This document shows, piece by piece, positions 1 through 12,691 of a stretch of DNA of 64,000 bases. The position numbers and the translations under genes are program-made. The DNA is taken from contig CAVWLW010000069.1 in the NCBI GenBank assembly GCA_963755715.1, positions 128,001 through 192,000 of the forward strand. Direction: 5' to 3'. Position 1 is the first letter of the stretch. Every line of letters starts with the position of its first letter. Source of the DNA: an uncultured delta proteobacterium (GTDB lineage Bacteria > Desulfobacterota > Binatia > UBA9968). The notes below the pieces were generated by a model. That model saw nothing but the letters and a program-made list of their open reading frames with translations. It ran no database searches and was not told where the DNA came from.

Positions 1-294
1 TGCGGCAAGCGTATAAACGTAACGGCCGATCTCGGCAGCGACAAACACGCCGCGCCAACGATCGTTCACGAGCAATTTCATCGGCGCTTCGCGCCAATTT
101 TTTTCCTCTTCGCGCCGGAACAGCAGGCTGCAGGAAATGACCTCGTGGCCGTCGGCGAACATGTCGGCTTCTACCGTCACTGACTCGCCGCAGGTACGCT
201 TGACCGGAAACAGACCGGCGTCAATTTCCGGCGTGACGTTTTCGATGACAACCCGGCTTCTGCCGTCCCGCGCTGGGTTAAACGATGGCTGCAT
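1..294 (-). CDS. glgE: Alpha-1,4-glucan:maltose-1-phosphate maltosyltransferase, N-terminal part (runs off the window)
   Basis: Manual translation from ATG at 294: [51 protein letters not shown]...NDRWRG, typical of the GlgE N-terminus. GGGGA RBS upstream; overlaps the treY stop. Not in the ORF track. Confidence 0.9.
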   Translation of the reverse strand, partial: MQPSFNPARDGRSRVVIENVTPEIDAGLFPVKRTCGESVTVEADMFADGHEVISCSLLFRREEEKNWREAPMKLLVNDRWRGVFVAAEIGRYVYTLAA

Positions 295-3139
295 GCAAGC
301 TTTCCCCAATGAGCTGTGATTCCGCCAAAGCGTCTTCGTGATAAAGCAACGCCACCGGAAAATTGTTGAATACGCCGCGCAGAAGCAGATTTTTCGTTGG
401 CGCTGTGTCCGACGCTTCCAAACGTTCGCCGCTGATGATGTCGAGCCACCGGCCTGGCATATCGTCGCGAAGGCTGAGCGCGGTCGAATTCCAAACCCCG
501 GCTCCCAGCGGCGGTGTTCCGTGATAGACCGTATTGCCAACCAAGCACGGCACGACCGCCAGCGCCCAGGTTTGACCTTTGCGTCGGGCGAACGCACAAA
601 CCGCTTGCCTCGACTCCCCTGTGGCCTCGAGCGGAAGATACTCGCCGTCAGTAAACAGCTCCTGGTGCGCCCGGCGAAAGTCTAGCAGCTTGTGAATCAG
701 ATAGAGTTTGATCCGGCCATCCTCCCAGCGCGACATTAGATCGCGCAGCAAGCCCGGGCGGTCTTTCACTTCTGCGCCTTTGAGCTCTTCGAGTAAGTGG
801 CGCCGCTCGGCGTAATCCACCGGCCGGCGGTTGTCCGGGTCGACAAAGCTTAAATCCCAAAGCTCGGTTCCCTGATAAATGTCCGGCACTCCCGGCGAAG
901 CTATTTTGAGGAGCGTCTGCGACAGCGAATTAAACATGCCGCAATAGGCGATCCTCTTTGCAAAGGGAAGAAATTCTTCCGTGAAGCGATTGCTTGCGGC
1001 CGGCGCGAGGATCTGCCGGGCAAAATCGACAAAGGCTTGTTCATAAGCGCCGTCCGGTTTGAGCCATTCAGTATGGACTTTGGCTTCTCTGACGGCTTTG
1101 ATCAAGTAGCTGGTAAGTCTTTCTAGAAATTGCCCATCCTGGTCTTGATGGAGCGGGTAGGAACCGATCAGAGTTTGATAGAGAAAGTATTCGTCATTGC
1201 GGTCCGGCGCTTCCGCGCCCCTGAGCTTGGTCTTTTTCGCCCGGTTGGTTCTGCTCCATGTTCTCAAATTCTTTTCCCATTCGGCGGGCAATTCCGAGAG
1301 CACGTTGATGCGCGCGCGCGCATCCTCGCCGCGCTTGGTGTCATGGGTGGCCGTGGCGTTCATGGCGTGCGGCCAGCGCGCCAAACGCCGCAGGTTGAAA
1401 TCGTGAAACTCTTCGACCGATGCGCCGAACCGATCCGGCGCGCCGCCCACTTCGTTCAGCGACAGCAAACGATTATAAACATACAAGGCGGTATCTTCCG
1501 AGCCTTTGGCCATCAGCGGCCCGGTCAGTTGCTGGAAGCGCATGACAAAGTCCGTCCAGCGGTTTCTCTCTTCGTCGGTGGCGTGATCGGCAAAATCGAG
1601 AAGCAGAAAACGGCCGATGTAATTCAATTCGAGAAGCAAACCGGCGTTCCCTTCCTTGGCTCGCTCGACCGCCGTCGTCAGTTGGCTTCGGTCTTGGGCG
1701 CTAAACGAGCCGGGGCTGACGTAACTTCGGTAGACTGGAAAAAATGCCAGCACCTCGACCAGCGCCCTTTTGAGTCCGTAAAGTGTCACGTCGGCAGCGT
1801 GACGGTCGCGGCTCGATACTCGTTTGAGCAGGTAAGCGAGACTCTCAATATCTCCGGCCATGTACTTGCCGATGATCAGCCGTTTTTTTTCCGTCATCAG
1901 CGCCGGCCAGGAAGTCTCAAGTCCGGTAAAGCGCTCGTAGGTTTGGCTGAACCGCCGCCGCTGTTCACCGGCGCAGAAAATGCCATTTAGGACATTCAGA
2001 TAGTCGTAACCCGTGGTTCCCTCGACGGGCCAATCCGCCGGCAGTTCTTCATCGACGCCAAGAATCTTTTCTACGGTTAGGTATAAATTGCCGGCTTCCC
2101 CCCGCAGTCTGGCGAGATAACCGAGAGGATCATACAGACCGTCGACGTGATCGACCCTGAGGCCGCTGAATTTGCCTTCCCGAACGAGCTTGAAGATCAA
2201 CGCGTGGCTATGGCGAAAGACCTTTTCATCTTCAACCCGCAGGGAAATCAATTCGTTGATATTAAAAAACCTCCGATAATCAAGTTCCTCCGCCGCGACC
2301 TTCCAAAATGACAGGCGATAATGTTGCTGCGACAACAGCCGGTCGAGCAGACTGAAACTTTCCGGATTGCCGGGGGTGCCGTTGAATCTGGCGATATTCG
2401 TGTCCAGGTGCTCTTTAATTTCCGGCGTACCCGTGTAGAGCTCCCAAAGCATTCGTTTCACGAAGAGGATCTGATCGGCTCGATCGGCGCTCTCCTGCTT
2501 CGGCGGAATATTTTTAAGCGCGTAAAGCACGCCGAGAAGCTTGATGAAATCGAGATGATGGGAGCCGAGACGTTTTCGGAGCAAGTTGAGATTCTGGGTC
2601 AACACCTCGCTGTAGGATTCGAGATTGACCGGGAGCTGCAAAGAAAAATAGCGAACGCCGAGCCCGTACCGGTCGTAATGCAGCGCGATCTCGCCCTTCT
2701 CCAGGCACTCCCCATAAAAGCCGCCGAGAAACGGCGCCAGCACTTTTCCTCGCATGCTTTCGTAGGGATGCTGCCAATCGATATCGAAAAAATCGAAGAA
2801 AGGTGAGGCTTCGCCGTTTTCGAGGACGTCCATCAACATGCGATTTTGCCCGTCATAGGCCATGTGATTGGGCACGATGTCCTGGACCCAGCCCAAGCCT
2901 TGGCGGTGCGATTGCTCGATCAACGATGCGAAGGCCTCGTCGCTGCCGAGCTCGGGATTGAGCCGGTTCGGATCGACCACGTCATAGCCGTGCCGGCTGC
3001 CCGCGCGCGCGTGAAAAATCGGCGATGCATAAATATCGCTGATGCCGAGGTCGTGCAGATACGGCAAAACCTCGCTCGCTTCGGCGAAGCCGAAGTCCGG
3101 CGTGAATTGCAGGCGATAGGTGGCCGAAGGGATCTTCAT
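278..3139 (-). CDS. treY: Malto-oligosyltrehalose synthase
   Basis: 953 aa with [41 protein letters not shown] and [11 protein letters not shown] motifs. Confidence 0.97.
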   Translation of the reverse strand: MKIPSATYRLQFTPDFGFAEASEVLPYLHDLGISDIYASPIFHARAGSRHGYDVVDPNRLNPELGSDEAFASLIEQSHRQGLGWVQDIVPNHMAYDGQNRMLMDVLENGEASPFFDFFDIDWQHPYESMRGKVLAPFLGGFYGECLEKGEIALHYDRYGLGVRYFSLQLPVNLESYSEVLTQNLNLLRKRLGSHHLDFIKLLGVLYALKNIPPKQESADRADQILFVKRMLWELYTGTPEIKEHLDTNIARFNGTPGNPESFSLLDRLLSQQHYRLSFWKVAAEELDYRRFFNINELISLRVEDEKVFRHSHALIFKLVREGKFSGLRVDHVDGLYDPLGYLARLRGEAGNLYLTVEKILGVDEELPADWPVEGTTGYDYLNVLNGIFCAGEQRRRFSQTYERFTGLETSWPALMTEKKRLIIGKYMAGDIESLAYLLKRVSSRDRHAADVTLYGLKRALVEVLAFFPVYRSYVSPGSFSAQDRSQLTTAVERAKEGNAGLLLELNYIGRFLLLDFADHATDEERNRWTDFVMRFQQLTGPLMAKGSEDTALYVYNRLLSLNEVGGAPDRFGASVEEFHDFNLRRLARWPHAMNATATHDTKRGEDARARINVLSELPAEWEKNLRTWSRTNRAKKTKLRGAEAPDRNDEYFLYQTLIGSYPLHQDQDGQFLERLTSYLIKAVREAKVHTEWLKPDGAYEQAFVDFARQILAPAASNRFTEEFLPFAKRIAYCGMFNSLSQTLLKIASPGVPDIYQGTELWDLSFVDPDNRRPVDYAERRHLLEELKGAEVKDRPGLLRDLMSRWEDGRIKLYLIHKLLDFRRAHQELFTDGEYLPLEATGESRQAVCAFARRKGQTWALAVVPCLVGNTVYHGTPPLGAGVWNSTALSLRDDMPGRWLDIISGERLEASDTAPTKNLLLRGVFNNFPVALLYHEDALAESQLIGESLHAAIV

Positions 3140-5354
3140 TGCAGCGCAGCGACCGCGGCGCCGCTACTACGTCGCACGCGACGCGACGCAACCCGCGGCT
3201 CCCCATTGGTATTTTCCGCTTCGACGTATTTCGGCAAACGCAACAAAACCAGCGACCGGCCTTTTAGCTCATACGCTTCGCCGCCGCGTATCGAGCGATG
3301 GGTTGTCTTGCTTAAAGTCGACTCGCTGGTATCCAAGAGCACCTGCCAGCGGACCTTGCGCCGATGCGCCGGCAAGATGAAAGGAACGGCCTCGTGATGC
3401 GCATTTAGGAGAATCAACAAGGTATCGTCGACGATGCGATTGCCGCGATCGTCGAGCTCTTCGATCGCATCGCCGGCGAGCCGAAGCCCGAAGGAGCGGT
3501 TCTCGGGATTATTCCAATCCTCGTCGCTCATCTCCTTGCCGTCGGGGCGAAACCAAGCCAGGTCCTTGACCTCGGAGCCGCGGATGTGCCGCCCCTGAAA
3601 AAAATGGCGCCGGCGCAACACCGGGTGCTCGTGCAGCAGCCGAATCAGATAGCGGGTGAATTCGAGCAACTCGCGCCGCGGCCGGTCGAGCTTCCAATCG
3701 AGCCAAGAGATTTCGTTGTCCTGGCAATAGGCGTTGTTGTTGCCCTTTTGCGTGCGGCCGATTTCGTCGCCCGCTAAAAGCATCGGCACGCCCTGCGACA
3801 ACAATAGGGTCGCGAGAAAATTTCTCTTTTGCTGCTCGCGCAGGCCGAGAATATTCGGGTCGTCGGTGTCGCCTTCGACGCCGCAGTTCCAGCTGAGATT
3901 CTCATTGTGGCCATCGCGATTTTCTTCGCCGTTGGCCTCGTTGTGCTTTTCGTTGTAGCTAACCAAATCATGCAGAGTAAAGCCGTCATGAGCGGTTATA
4001 AAATTAATGCTCGCATAGGGCTGCCGGCCGTTGTGGCCATACAGATCGCTCGATCCGGTAAGACGAAAGCCGAGGCTCGCCGACCTGTCCGCCGTCGCCT
4101 TTCCAAAAGCGCCGCACGGTGTCGCGATAGGCCGCGTTCCATTCGGCCCATAGAACCGGAAAATTTCCCACTTGATAACCGCCCGGCCCGAGGTCCCAAG
4201 GCTCGGCGATGAGCTTTACCTGGGAGATGATCGGGTCCTGCTGGATGATGTCGAAAAAAGCGCCAAGGCGGTCGACGTCATGCAGCTCGCGCGCCAGCGT
4301 CGATGCGAGATCGAAGCGAAACCCATCGACGTGCATCTCGGCGACCCAATAGCGCAGGCTGTCCATGATCAGTTGCAGCACGCGCGGATGGGTCATGTCG
4401 AGCGTGTTGCCGCAGCCGGTATAATCCATGTAGTAGCGGCGGTCCTTCTCGACCAAACGATAATACGAAGCATTGTCGATGCCGCGGAAACAAAGCGTCG
4501 GGCCCAACTGGTTGCCTTCGCCGGTATGGTTGTAGACGACGTCGAGGATGACCTCGATCCCTTCGCGGTGCAGCGCTCGGACCATGCTCTTGAACTCGGA
4601 CACTTGCTGCCCCACGGCTCCGCTGCTGGAATAGCGCGCATCGGGGGCAAAAAAGCCGATCGAATTATAGCCCCAATAATTGGTCAAGCCGCGGTCGAGC
4701 AAATGCTTGTCCGCGATGAATTGATGCACCGGCAGCAGTTCCACCGCGGTAATGCCGAGCGCTTTGAGATAATCGATTACGGCCGGACAGGTCAAAGCCG
4801 CATAGGTGCCGCGCAAGTCGCTGGGCACGTCCGGGGTGACGCATCGTGAAACCTCTCACATGCAACTCGTAGATGATCGTCTTGTGCCAAGGCGTCGCCG
4901 GCGGCGCATCGTTTCCCCAGCTGAACGCCGGGTCGACGACGACGCTCTTGGGCATTCCCACCGCGCTGTCTTTTTCGTCGCGCGAGAGGTCTTGATCAGG
5001 ATGGCCGATCGTATAGCCGAACAGCGCGTCGCTCCACTGGACCGCGCCGGTGATCGCCTTGGCGTAAGGATCGAGCAGCAGCTTGGCCGGATTGAATCGA
5101 TGACCTTCGCGAGGCGCGTACGGCCCGTACACCCGATAACCGTAAAGCTGCCCCGGCCGTGCTTCAGGCAGGTAAAGATGCCAAATCTGGTGCGTCTGCT
5201 CGGTCATGAGAATCCGAGTCTCCGGCTGCGCTTGCGCCGCGTCGAAAAGACAAAGCTCGACCTTTGTCGCGTTCTCGGAGAACAGCGAAAAATTAACCCC
5301 CGCGCCATCCCAATTCGCGCCGAGGGGGTAAGGTTTGCCGGGCCAGATTTTCAT
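3136..5354 (-). CDS. glgX: Glycogen debranching enzyme, split by two 1-nt frameshifts (near 4833 and 4078)
   Basis: Three consecutive ORFs (4665..5354, 4004..4828, 3136..3966) give [35 protein letters not shown] and [25 protein letters not shown]. Confidence 0.93.
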
Positions 5355-5378
5355 GATGTTTTTCTAAGCCTCGCGCTC

Positions 5379-7240
5379 TTACTCCGGACCTCGTGTGGAC
5401 AGCGCACAATCGAAAACCGCAAATGAACGAGATGCAAGGGTCAGCCGGTGCTCGGTGCCGCCGTCGAACCGATCGGGTAGCGCGCCGGCGCCACGCCAAT
5501 TCGGCGCGGCGGAATCAATCAGCTTGCGCCAGCCGCCATCGGTGAACGGAAGCGCAATGGTTGCATCGTCGGCGCTCAGGTTTGCGACGAAAACGACGTG
5601 GTTCGCCGCGCTACGGCGGCGCACGAGCAACACCTTTTCGTTTTCGTAACCGACAACATCCATTGATTCTTTCGCCAAACGCGCGAGCGCGGGGTTTTTC
5701 TTTCTAAGGCGCGATCAGCTCCTTATAAAATGCCCAGAGAATCGCGTGAGCGCCGCTCGTGCGCAGCTCATGATGGAGCTTGGCGGAAAGAAAAGTCGTT
5801 TCGCTTTGCGGATCGGGAATCTCGCCTTGCCAATCAAACGACGCAAATTCGTTTTGACGGCCGCGCCGCACCGCGTCGATAAGCGCTGCGTCAGAATGGC
5901 TGATAAAATAGGGAAACGGCGCGCTCTCGGCGTATTCTTCGCCCATGAATAAAAGCGGCAGATAGGGCGACAAGAGGACAATGCCGGCCGCAAGCTTCAA
6001 GTCTTCGAATGACACCGCCGCGCTCAGGCGATCGCCGCGCATGCGGTTACCGACCTGATCGTGATTCTGCGCGAACACGACAAAACGATCGGCGCCCAGG
6101 TCGCGCGACGAGCTGCCGTGCCGGCGGCGGCGAAATTTGGAATATTCGCCCGAGTAGGCGAATCCTTCGCGGTACGCTTTAACGAATTGGTTGAAATCGC
6201 CGTAGTCTCGGTAATAACCGCTGCGCTCGCCGGTGAGCAGCGTGCGCAGGCAATGATGGAAATCATCGTTCCACTGCGCGTCCAAGCCGTAGCCGCCGCG
6301 ATCCGGCGCGCGCACGAGGCGCCGATCGTTGTCGGCGCTTTCGGCGATAAGAAAAATTTCGCGGTTTAGCCGATTTGCCGCTCGATGAACCTCATCGGCC
6401 AGTTCTTCGAGAAAAGTAATGGGCGAATGGTCGAGAATCGCATGCACCGCGTCGAGCCTGAGCGCATCGATATGGCAATCAACGACCCAATAAAGCGCGT
6501 TTTGAATAAAATAATTGCGCACCTCGTCGCTCCACGGACCATCGAAATTGAGCGCCGGATCCCCACGGCGTCTGGTACCGGTCGGTGAAATATGGGCCAA
6601 ACTCGCGAAAATAATTTCCTTCCGGGCCGAGATGATTGTAAACGACGTCCAAAATCACCGCGAAGCCGCGTCGGTGGCAGGCGTCGACGAGCATTTTCAA
6701 ATCTGCCGGGCCGCCGTAGGAATTTTGCGCGGCAAATGGATAAACGCCGTCGTAACCCCAGTTCCTCGCGCCGGGGAATTGCGCGATCGGCATAAGCTCG
6801 ATCGCGGTGACGCCGAGCTCGGAGAAATAATCGAGATAGGAGGTGAGCGCGGCGAACGTTCCCGCCGCGGTGAAACTGCCGACGTGAAGCTCGTAGATGA
6901 TGTAATCTTTAAGCGCGATGCCGCGCCAGTCCTGATCGGCCCAGGCAAACTCGGGATTCACGATTGCCGACGGGCCATGCACTCCTTGCGGTTGCAGACG
7001 CGAAGCCGGATCGGCTCGCTGGTTGCCGTCTTCGAGCTGAAAAAAATAAAGATCGCCGGGCTGCGCGTCCTGAACGATCGCTTCATGATAGCCGCAGCGT
7101 GTCCGCTCCATTGAAATGAGCCGGTCGTTTTTGAGCAGGCGCACGCCAACCCGCTCGTGCTCGGGTGCCCAAACCCGAAATCGGCACGTGCGCTCTCCCA
7201 AATAGACCGCGCCGATGGTTTCTCCCGGCTTTTTCGTCAC
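5379..7240 (-). CDS. treZ: Malto-oligosyltrehalose trehalohydrolase, split by two frameshifts (near 6563 and 5708)
   Basis: FRVWAP, DPASRLQPQGVHGPS, RNWGYDGV, LRLDAVHAI, AQWNDDFHH and QNHDQVGNR across three ORFs. Confidence 0.93.
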
Positions 7241-7278
7241 CGTTTCTCCGATCGATGTTGCGCCGCCGGAAAGTCCAC

Positions 7279-9233
7279 CTAGCGGCCCGCTTCACTGACG
7301 AAAAATAACGTCGACAGCGGCGGCAAGGTCAGCAATAGTGAAAAGTGCCTGCCGTGCGCCGGCACCGGAGCGGCCTCGACTTCGCCCATGTTTCCCATGC
7401 CACTGCCGCCGTAGTCTTTGGCATCGCTGTTCAGCAACTCGCGCCAAAGCCCGCCGCGCGGCACGCCGACCTGATAATTCAACCGTGGCACCGGTGTAAA
7501 ATTGCAAATGACTAAAACGGTGCGGTCATCGCCTCGTGCTTTGCGCAGCAGACTTACCACGCTCGATTCGGCGTCACGACAGTCGATCCATTCAAATCCC
7601 GCCGGATCGCAGTCGAGTTCGTGCAGCGACGGCTCGCTTCGGTAACTGCGATTCAGATCGCCGATCCATTTCTGTATGCCGGCGTGCTCCGGTTTCTCGA
7701 GTAAATGCCAGTCAAGGCTTTGATCGTGTTGCCATTCACGCCACTGGCCGATCTCAGCCGCCCATGAACAGCAGTTTCTTTCCCGGTTGGGCATACATGT
7801 AACCGACCAACGCGCGCAGATTGGCGAAGCGCTGCCAGTCGTCGCCCGGCATTTTACCCAACAAGGACCCCTTTCCATAAACGACTTCGTCATGGGAGAG
7901 CGGCATGATGAAGTTTTCGTGAAAAGCGTAGATCATTCTAAAAGTGAGCTTGTCCTGGTGATATTTGCGATAAATCGAATCCGTGGAGAAGTATTCGAGC
8001 GTATCGTGCATCCAGCCCATGTCCCACTTGAGGCCGAATCCCAAGCCGCCGGCATAGACGGGCCGCGAAACCATCGGCCAAGCCGTGGATTCCTCGGCAA
8101 TGGTCTGCACGTCGGGATAGATCTCGTAAATCGCGCCGTTCAACTGCTTGATAAATTCGATGGCGTCGAGGTTCTCTCTGCCGCCGTAGCGGTTCGGGTA
8201 TCCATTCGCCGTCTCGCCGCGCGTAATCCAAGTAAAGCATCGACGCCACCGCATCGACGCGCAAGCCATCGGCATGATATTTATCGAGCCAGAAAAGCGC
8301 GTTGCTGATAAGAAAGCTGCGCACCTCGTGGCGGCCGTAATTAAAAATGTAGCTGTTCCATTCCGGGTGATAGCCCTGGCGCGGATCGGCGTGCTCGAAG
8401 AGATGGGTGCCGTCAAAGTACGCCAAGCCATGCTCGTCCGAAGGAAAATGCGACGGCACCCAATCGAGAATGACGCCGATACCGTTTTGATGCAGCGTGT
8501 CGATCAGAAACATCAGATCCTGCGGCGTGCCATAGTTACCCGAAGGCGCAAAGTAACCGGTGATCTGATAGCCCCATGAGCCGAAAAACGGATGATCCAT
8601 CAACGGCAAAAACTCCACGTGAGTAAATCCCGTCTGATGGATATAATCGGCCAGGAGCGGCGCCAACTCTCGATAAGAGAGCGAGCGGTTGCCCTCTGCG
8701 TGCCGGCGCCATGAACCCAGGTGCACTTCGTAGATCGAAATCGGTTTGTTGACCTTGATATTTTGGCCGCGCTCGGCGAGCCATTGGCCGTCGCCCCAGG
8801 AATAATCGAGATCCCAAACGATCGAGGCTTTCTTCGGCGGAATTTCGTTGAAAAGAGAAAATGGATCGGCTTTTTCCACGCGGTAATCCAGGAAACGCGA
8901 ATGAATGAGATACTTGTACAAAGCGCCGCGTTCCACGCCGGGGATAAAGCCTTCCCAGACGCCCGAGTTTCCTCGGGCGCGCAGTGGATGACTTTCTCTG
9001 TTCCATTGATTGAAGCTGCCGATCACGGCAACCCGATTCGCGTTCGGCGCCCAGACCGCGAAATAAGTGCCCTCTTCGCCGCCGACGCGCATCCGATGCG
9101 CACCCAGTTTTTCGTAGAGCCGGCGGTGACTGCCCTCGTTGAAAAGATAAAAATCCTGGTCGCCCAGGAGGGTAGCCGGCGGCAAACCTTTGTCTTGCCT
9201 GCCATGCTGGGACTGAATGGTTTCCTGGCTCAT
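7279..9233 (-). CDS. glgB: 1,4-alpha-glucan branching enzyme (short form), split by two frameshifts (near 8197 and 7758)
   Basis: [56 protein letters not shown] and VCNFTPVPR-like motifs. Confidence 0.93.
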
Positions 9234-9343
9234 GATCGTTTCACACCCTGGAAAAGCCGATGCGTGCTTATAATTAAGCTAAAATAAATTAACCCAAATA
9301 ATAAGTGGCGGTAGTGATTCAATTTGAATTCGACATCACCTCA

Positions 9344-9404
9344 TGTAGGGGCGGACCTGTGTGTCTGCCCTTGGGATGGGCGACCACACAGGGTCGCCCC
9401 TACA
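9344..9404. repeat. GTAG-family REP doublet (two inverted REP palindromes)
   Basis: TGTAGGGGCGGACCTGTGTGTCTGCCC (9344-9370) followed by inverted GGGCGACCACACAGGGTCGCCCCTACA (9378-9404), just downstream of the kinase stop. Confidence 0.8.
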
Positions 9405-9416
9405 AAATTTTTCCAG

Positions 9417-12161
9417 CTAAACGGCCAGGTCGACATCAGTCTCTGCCGGCGCTGCCATGGGCAAATGAATTTTAAAACGGGTGCCCCGTCCAGGCTTGCT
9501 ATCTACCTCGATCCGGCCGCCGTGCGACTTTATGATTCGATCGCATATCGGCAGCCCGAGCCCCAAACCGCGGCGCTTCTTCGAGGTAAAAAACGGTTGA
9601 AAAATGCGCGGCAAAGCGTCGGCGTCGATGCCGATTCCCGTATCGGCCACGGTAATCATTATTTCGTTCGACGGATCGACGACGGCGCCGACCGTCAGCG
9701 TGCCTCCTTTGGGCATGGCATCCACCGCGTTCAGGGAAAGATTCAACAAGACCTGTTGCAGTTGCTGCGGATCGGCGTGGATCGGCGGCATGGGCGCCTC
9801 GATCTCAGTCGCCGTTTCCACATGATTTTTTGTCGCGCGCGGTTGCACGAGATCGAGCGTCTTCTGGATCATCTGTTCGACATCGGTCTCGGTAAAATCC
9901 GCGCGCTTGGGGCGGCCGAACTCCAGCAGTTCCTGCACCAATGTTTCACATCGCCTGGCTTCCTCGGCAATGATTTGCACCGGGTGGTAGTTGGGATCGT
10001 TGGGGTCCATGCTCGAAAGCAAGCCTTGGGCAAAACCCAAGACGATCCCCAGGGGATTGTTAAACTCATGAGCCATCGACGCCGTCAGCTCGCCGACCGC
10101 CACCAGTCGACCCGAAGCCAAAAGCTGCTGTTCCAATTCCTGCGCCTGATTGCGTAAATGTTCCTCGCTTCGGCGCAGCGCCTCTTCCGCGCGCATACGC
10201 TCGATGAATTGGCCGATCCCGTCGCCGATAGCTTGGGCCATTCTTGCGATGTCTCTATCCGGCTCTTGAGGCGCCAGGCTCAAAAACTCGACGACCCCAA
10301 GCACCTCGCTACGCATTCTGATCGGAAACGCCAGCGCGGCGCGCCATTTCTCATGCGGATTAATCGAGTCACCCATCGGTGTCGAGGCAGTTGCGATATC
10401 TGGTATCCATCGGACTTTTTCCTCGGCCCACACTCGACCCGCGAGGCCGGCGCCGCGCGCGAGCGGTTGGTGGGTTTCCATTTCGGAAAGCGTCAGCGAT
10501 GGCTGGTTCCAGGTTGCCACGCATTCGAGTATTTGCGTCGCTTTATCGATCATCCAGATGCGTCCGAATTGCCAATCCAAACCAGAGCCGACCACTTCGA
10601 GGAGCCTAGGCCATGCCGCTTGCGGCATTTCCGACTCCGCGAGGACGACGGTGACCGCATGCTCCGCGGCGGCGCGCCGCGCCGATTGTTTGCGGGGACT
10701 AATGTCGCGATTGCATTCCAAGATCAAATGCCCGCCGGCGCGATCCGTGATCAATTTCAGGCGACTTTCGACGTCGATGTAGCGCCCCTGCTTGGTTTTT
10801 TGCTTGAGCTCACCGCTCCATTCACCAGCGGTCAGCAAGGAGGCTTCGAAGTTGCCCCGGCTACCGGGAAACTCGGTAGCGAGGAGTTCATGGCTCAATG
10901 CGCCGATGACCTCGTTCTGCGCATAACCGTAAAGCTGCTCCGCGCCGCGATTCCAATAAATAATCCGGCTATCCAGTTGCCGGGCGAAGATCGCTTCGTT
11001 GGCAAGATTTAAAAGGTCGGCTTGCCGCTGCAAGTCTTCTTCCTGGCGGCGCAGCGCCGTCTCGACTCGATCTCGTTCGCTCTCACGCTCGCGCAAGAGA
11101 GCGGCCGCGCGCTCCATTTGGCGCGCGAGACCGTCGATCTCGGCGATCGGAGAGCTCACCGGAAAAGAAACGGCCTGACCCCGGCCCAAATCGCGAGCTG
11201 CCACGGACAAGTCCCATATCGACCTGGACACCTGGCGCGCGAAGATCAACGCCACGCCGAGTCCGACGAGCAAGAGCAAGAGTCCCCCGCCGCCGACCGT
11301 CGCGATCGAGCGATACAAGATCGCATTCACCTCATTGCTGGGAACGATCAACGCCACGAACCAACCAGCGCGATTCAATCGGCTAACCGCGGCATCGGCG
11401 GCGATGCCATCGGGGCCGACGCCGCGCACTAACTGGTCGCCGGTGAGCAAATTGGCCGTGGTCAGCAAATCCGCGACCGGCGTACCCATAAATTTTTCCG
11501 CGTCCCGCGAGCGCGCGATGATGGTACGCTTGGCGTCGAAAAGCGTACCGGTCCAAGTATCAGGAAATTTCTGGCGGGTGAGAATTTCCGTGAAGACTCT
11601 CGGTTCGATCACCGCGCACAGAATGTAAATGAGCGTCTGCTCACGCGTGACCGGAACATAGATGTTAATGCCGCTTTCCGGCGAATTACGGTTGGAAAAA
11701 TCGCCGATCACGGGTTGCCGCGTTCGCAGCACGCTGTTGAGGCTGTCGCGGCTGATATCGTTCGACTCCGCAACCAGCGGTTTTTCGATGCGCATCAGCC
11801 GCGCCCCTTTGGGATCGAACAGACTTAGACTGCGCCAATTGTTCTGCGTGTGTAGAATCCGCGCGGCGGCGGCGCGAAAGACATTGACAGCACCGACATC
11901 GAGCGGCTCTGCGGTGGCGAGCGCTTCGAGATTAGTGATCGAAGACTCGATTTCTCGATCGATCGCCAATGCTAGCGCGCGCGTCGTGTCTCCGAGCCCG
12001 CGCATGCGATTCGCTTGTTCCTGGCGCGCGAGCAAAACCATCATGAAGACCGAAAAAATCAGGATCGGGCCCAAACCGCCGACGATCAAGCGCGTCAAGT
12101 ACGAATGTAATGAGGTAGGCGGAGCAAACCAATGAGCAATGGAGGAACGCGCGGCGATCAT
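9417..12161 (-). CDS. Membrane sensor histidine kinase (Cache-like sensor, HAMP-like, PAS, GAF, HisKA, HATPase)
   Basis: Two TM segments, PAS (YWNRGAEQLYGY), H-box MAHEFNNPL, N-box NLSLNAVDAM, DTGIG and GLGLGL. Confidence 0.93.
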   Translation of the reverse strand: MIAARSSIAHWFAPPTSLHSYLTRLIVGGLGPILIFSVFMMVLLARQEQANRMRGLGDTTRALALAIDREIESSITNLEALATAEPLDVGAVNVFRAAAARILHTQNNWRSLSLFDPKGARLMRIEKPLVAESNDISRDSLNSVLRTRQPVIGDFSNRNSPESGINIYVPVTREQTLIYILCAVIEPRVFTEILTRQKFPDTWTGTLFDAKRTIIARSRDAEKFMGTPVADLLTTANLLTGDQLVRGVGPDGIAADAAVSRLNRAGWFVALIVPSNEVNAILYRSIATVGGGGLLLLLVGLGVALIFARQVSRSIWDLSVAARDLGRGQAVSFPVSSPIAEIDGLARQMERAAALLRERESERDRVETALRRQEEDLQRQADLLNLANEAIFARQLDSRIIYWNRGAEQLYGYAQNEVIGALSHELLATEFPGSRGNFEASLLTAGEWSGELKQKTKQGRYIDVESRLKLITDRAGGHLILECNRDISPRKQSARRAAAEHAVTVVLAESEMPQAAWPRLLEVVGSGLDWQFGRIWMIDKATQILECVATWNQPSLTLSEMETHQPLARGAGLAGRVWAEEKVRWIPDIATASTPMGDSINPHEKWRAALAFPIRMRSEVLGVVEFLSLAPQEPDRDIARMAQAIGDGIGQFIERMRAEEALRRSEEHLRNQAQELEQQLLASGRLVAVGELTASMAHEFNNPLGIVLGFAQGLLSSMDPNDPNYHPVQIIAEEARRCETLVQELLEFGRPKRADFTETDVEQMIQKTLDLVQPRATKNHVETATEIEAPMPPIHADPQQLQQVLLNLSLNAVDAMPKGGTLTVGAVVDPSNEIMITVADTGIGIDADALPRIFQPFFTSKKRRGLGLGLPICDRIIKSHGGRIEVDSKPGRGTRFKIHLPMAAPAETDVDLAV

Positions 12162-12265
12162 GACGGATCTAAAGATAGTTTAAGCTTGGGTTTGAAAGTT
12201 CGCCACGCCAATTCGAGTGATAGGGCTTTCAAAGATTCGCCGGCGCAGCCGGACACGCCGAAGTC

Positions 12266-12691
12266 TTACGGCAGCAATCTCAAAGCGTCAGCCAATTCTT
12301 GCAAGTCCACCGGCTTGGTCAGATACCGCGACGCGCCTTTGTCGAACGCTTGTTTGATCGAACCCACGGTCGGGTACGCCGTCATCATGATGACTCTAAG
12401 TCCGGGCGCATGCTCCGCTATTTGTTCCAGCAAGGACAGGCCGTCGCGACCGCCGAGCTTGATGTCCAGGAGTGCGATATCCACTCGGTGTTCTTGCAAA
12501 AATGTAAACGCTTCATCGGCGCTCGACGCCGCATAGACTTCGTAGCCGCGTTGACTCAGATACCACTTGAGCAGAGTCAAAAAATTTTCTTCATCATCGA
12601 CGACAAGCACAGATTGGCGCACTGGCGCCACTGAAGCATTGGAAAATTCGCCGGCGCTTTCACCGGGGCGACTCTCTTTGGGCTTGTCCAT
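12266..12691 (-). CDS. Single-domain response regulator
   Basis: VLVVDDE, LLDIKL, MMTAYPT and YLTKP; ATG at 12691 preceded by AGGA. Confidence 0.9.
   Translation of the reverse strand: MDKPKESRPGESAGEFSNASVAPVRQSVLVVDDEENFLTLLKWYLSQRGYEVYAASSADEAFTFLQEHRVDIALLDIKLGGRDGLSLLEQIAEHAPGLRVIMMTAYPTVGSIKQAFDKGASRYLTKPVDLQELADALRLLP

Noticed and set aside
7754-7765. TGA after MGG in glgB as a possible selenocysteine codon, given selC nearby
   Set aside because: The downstream GlgB sequence continues in a different frame, so it is a frameshift; it is also not a Cys position.
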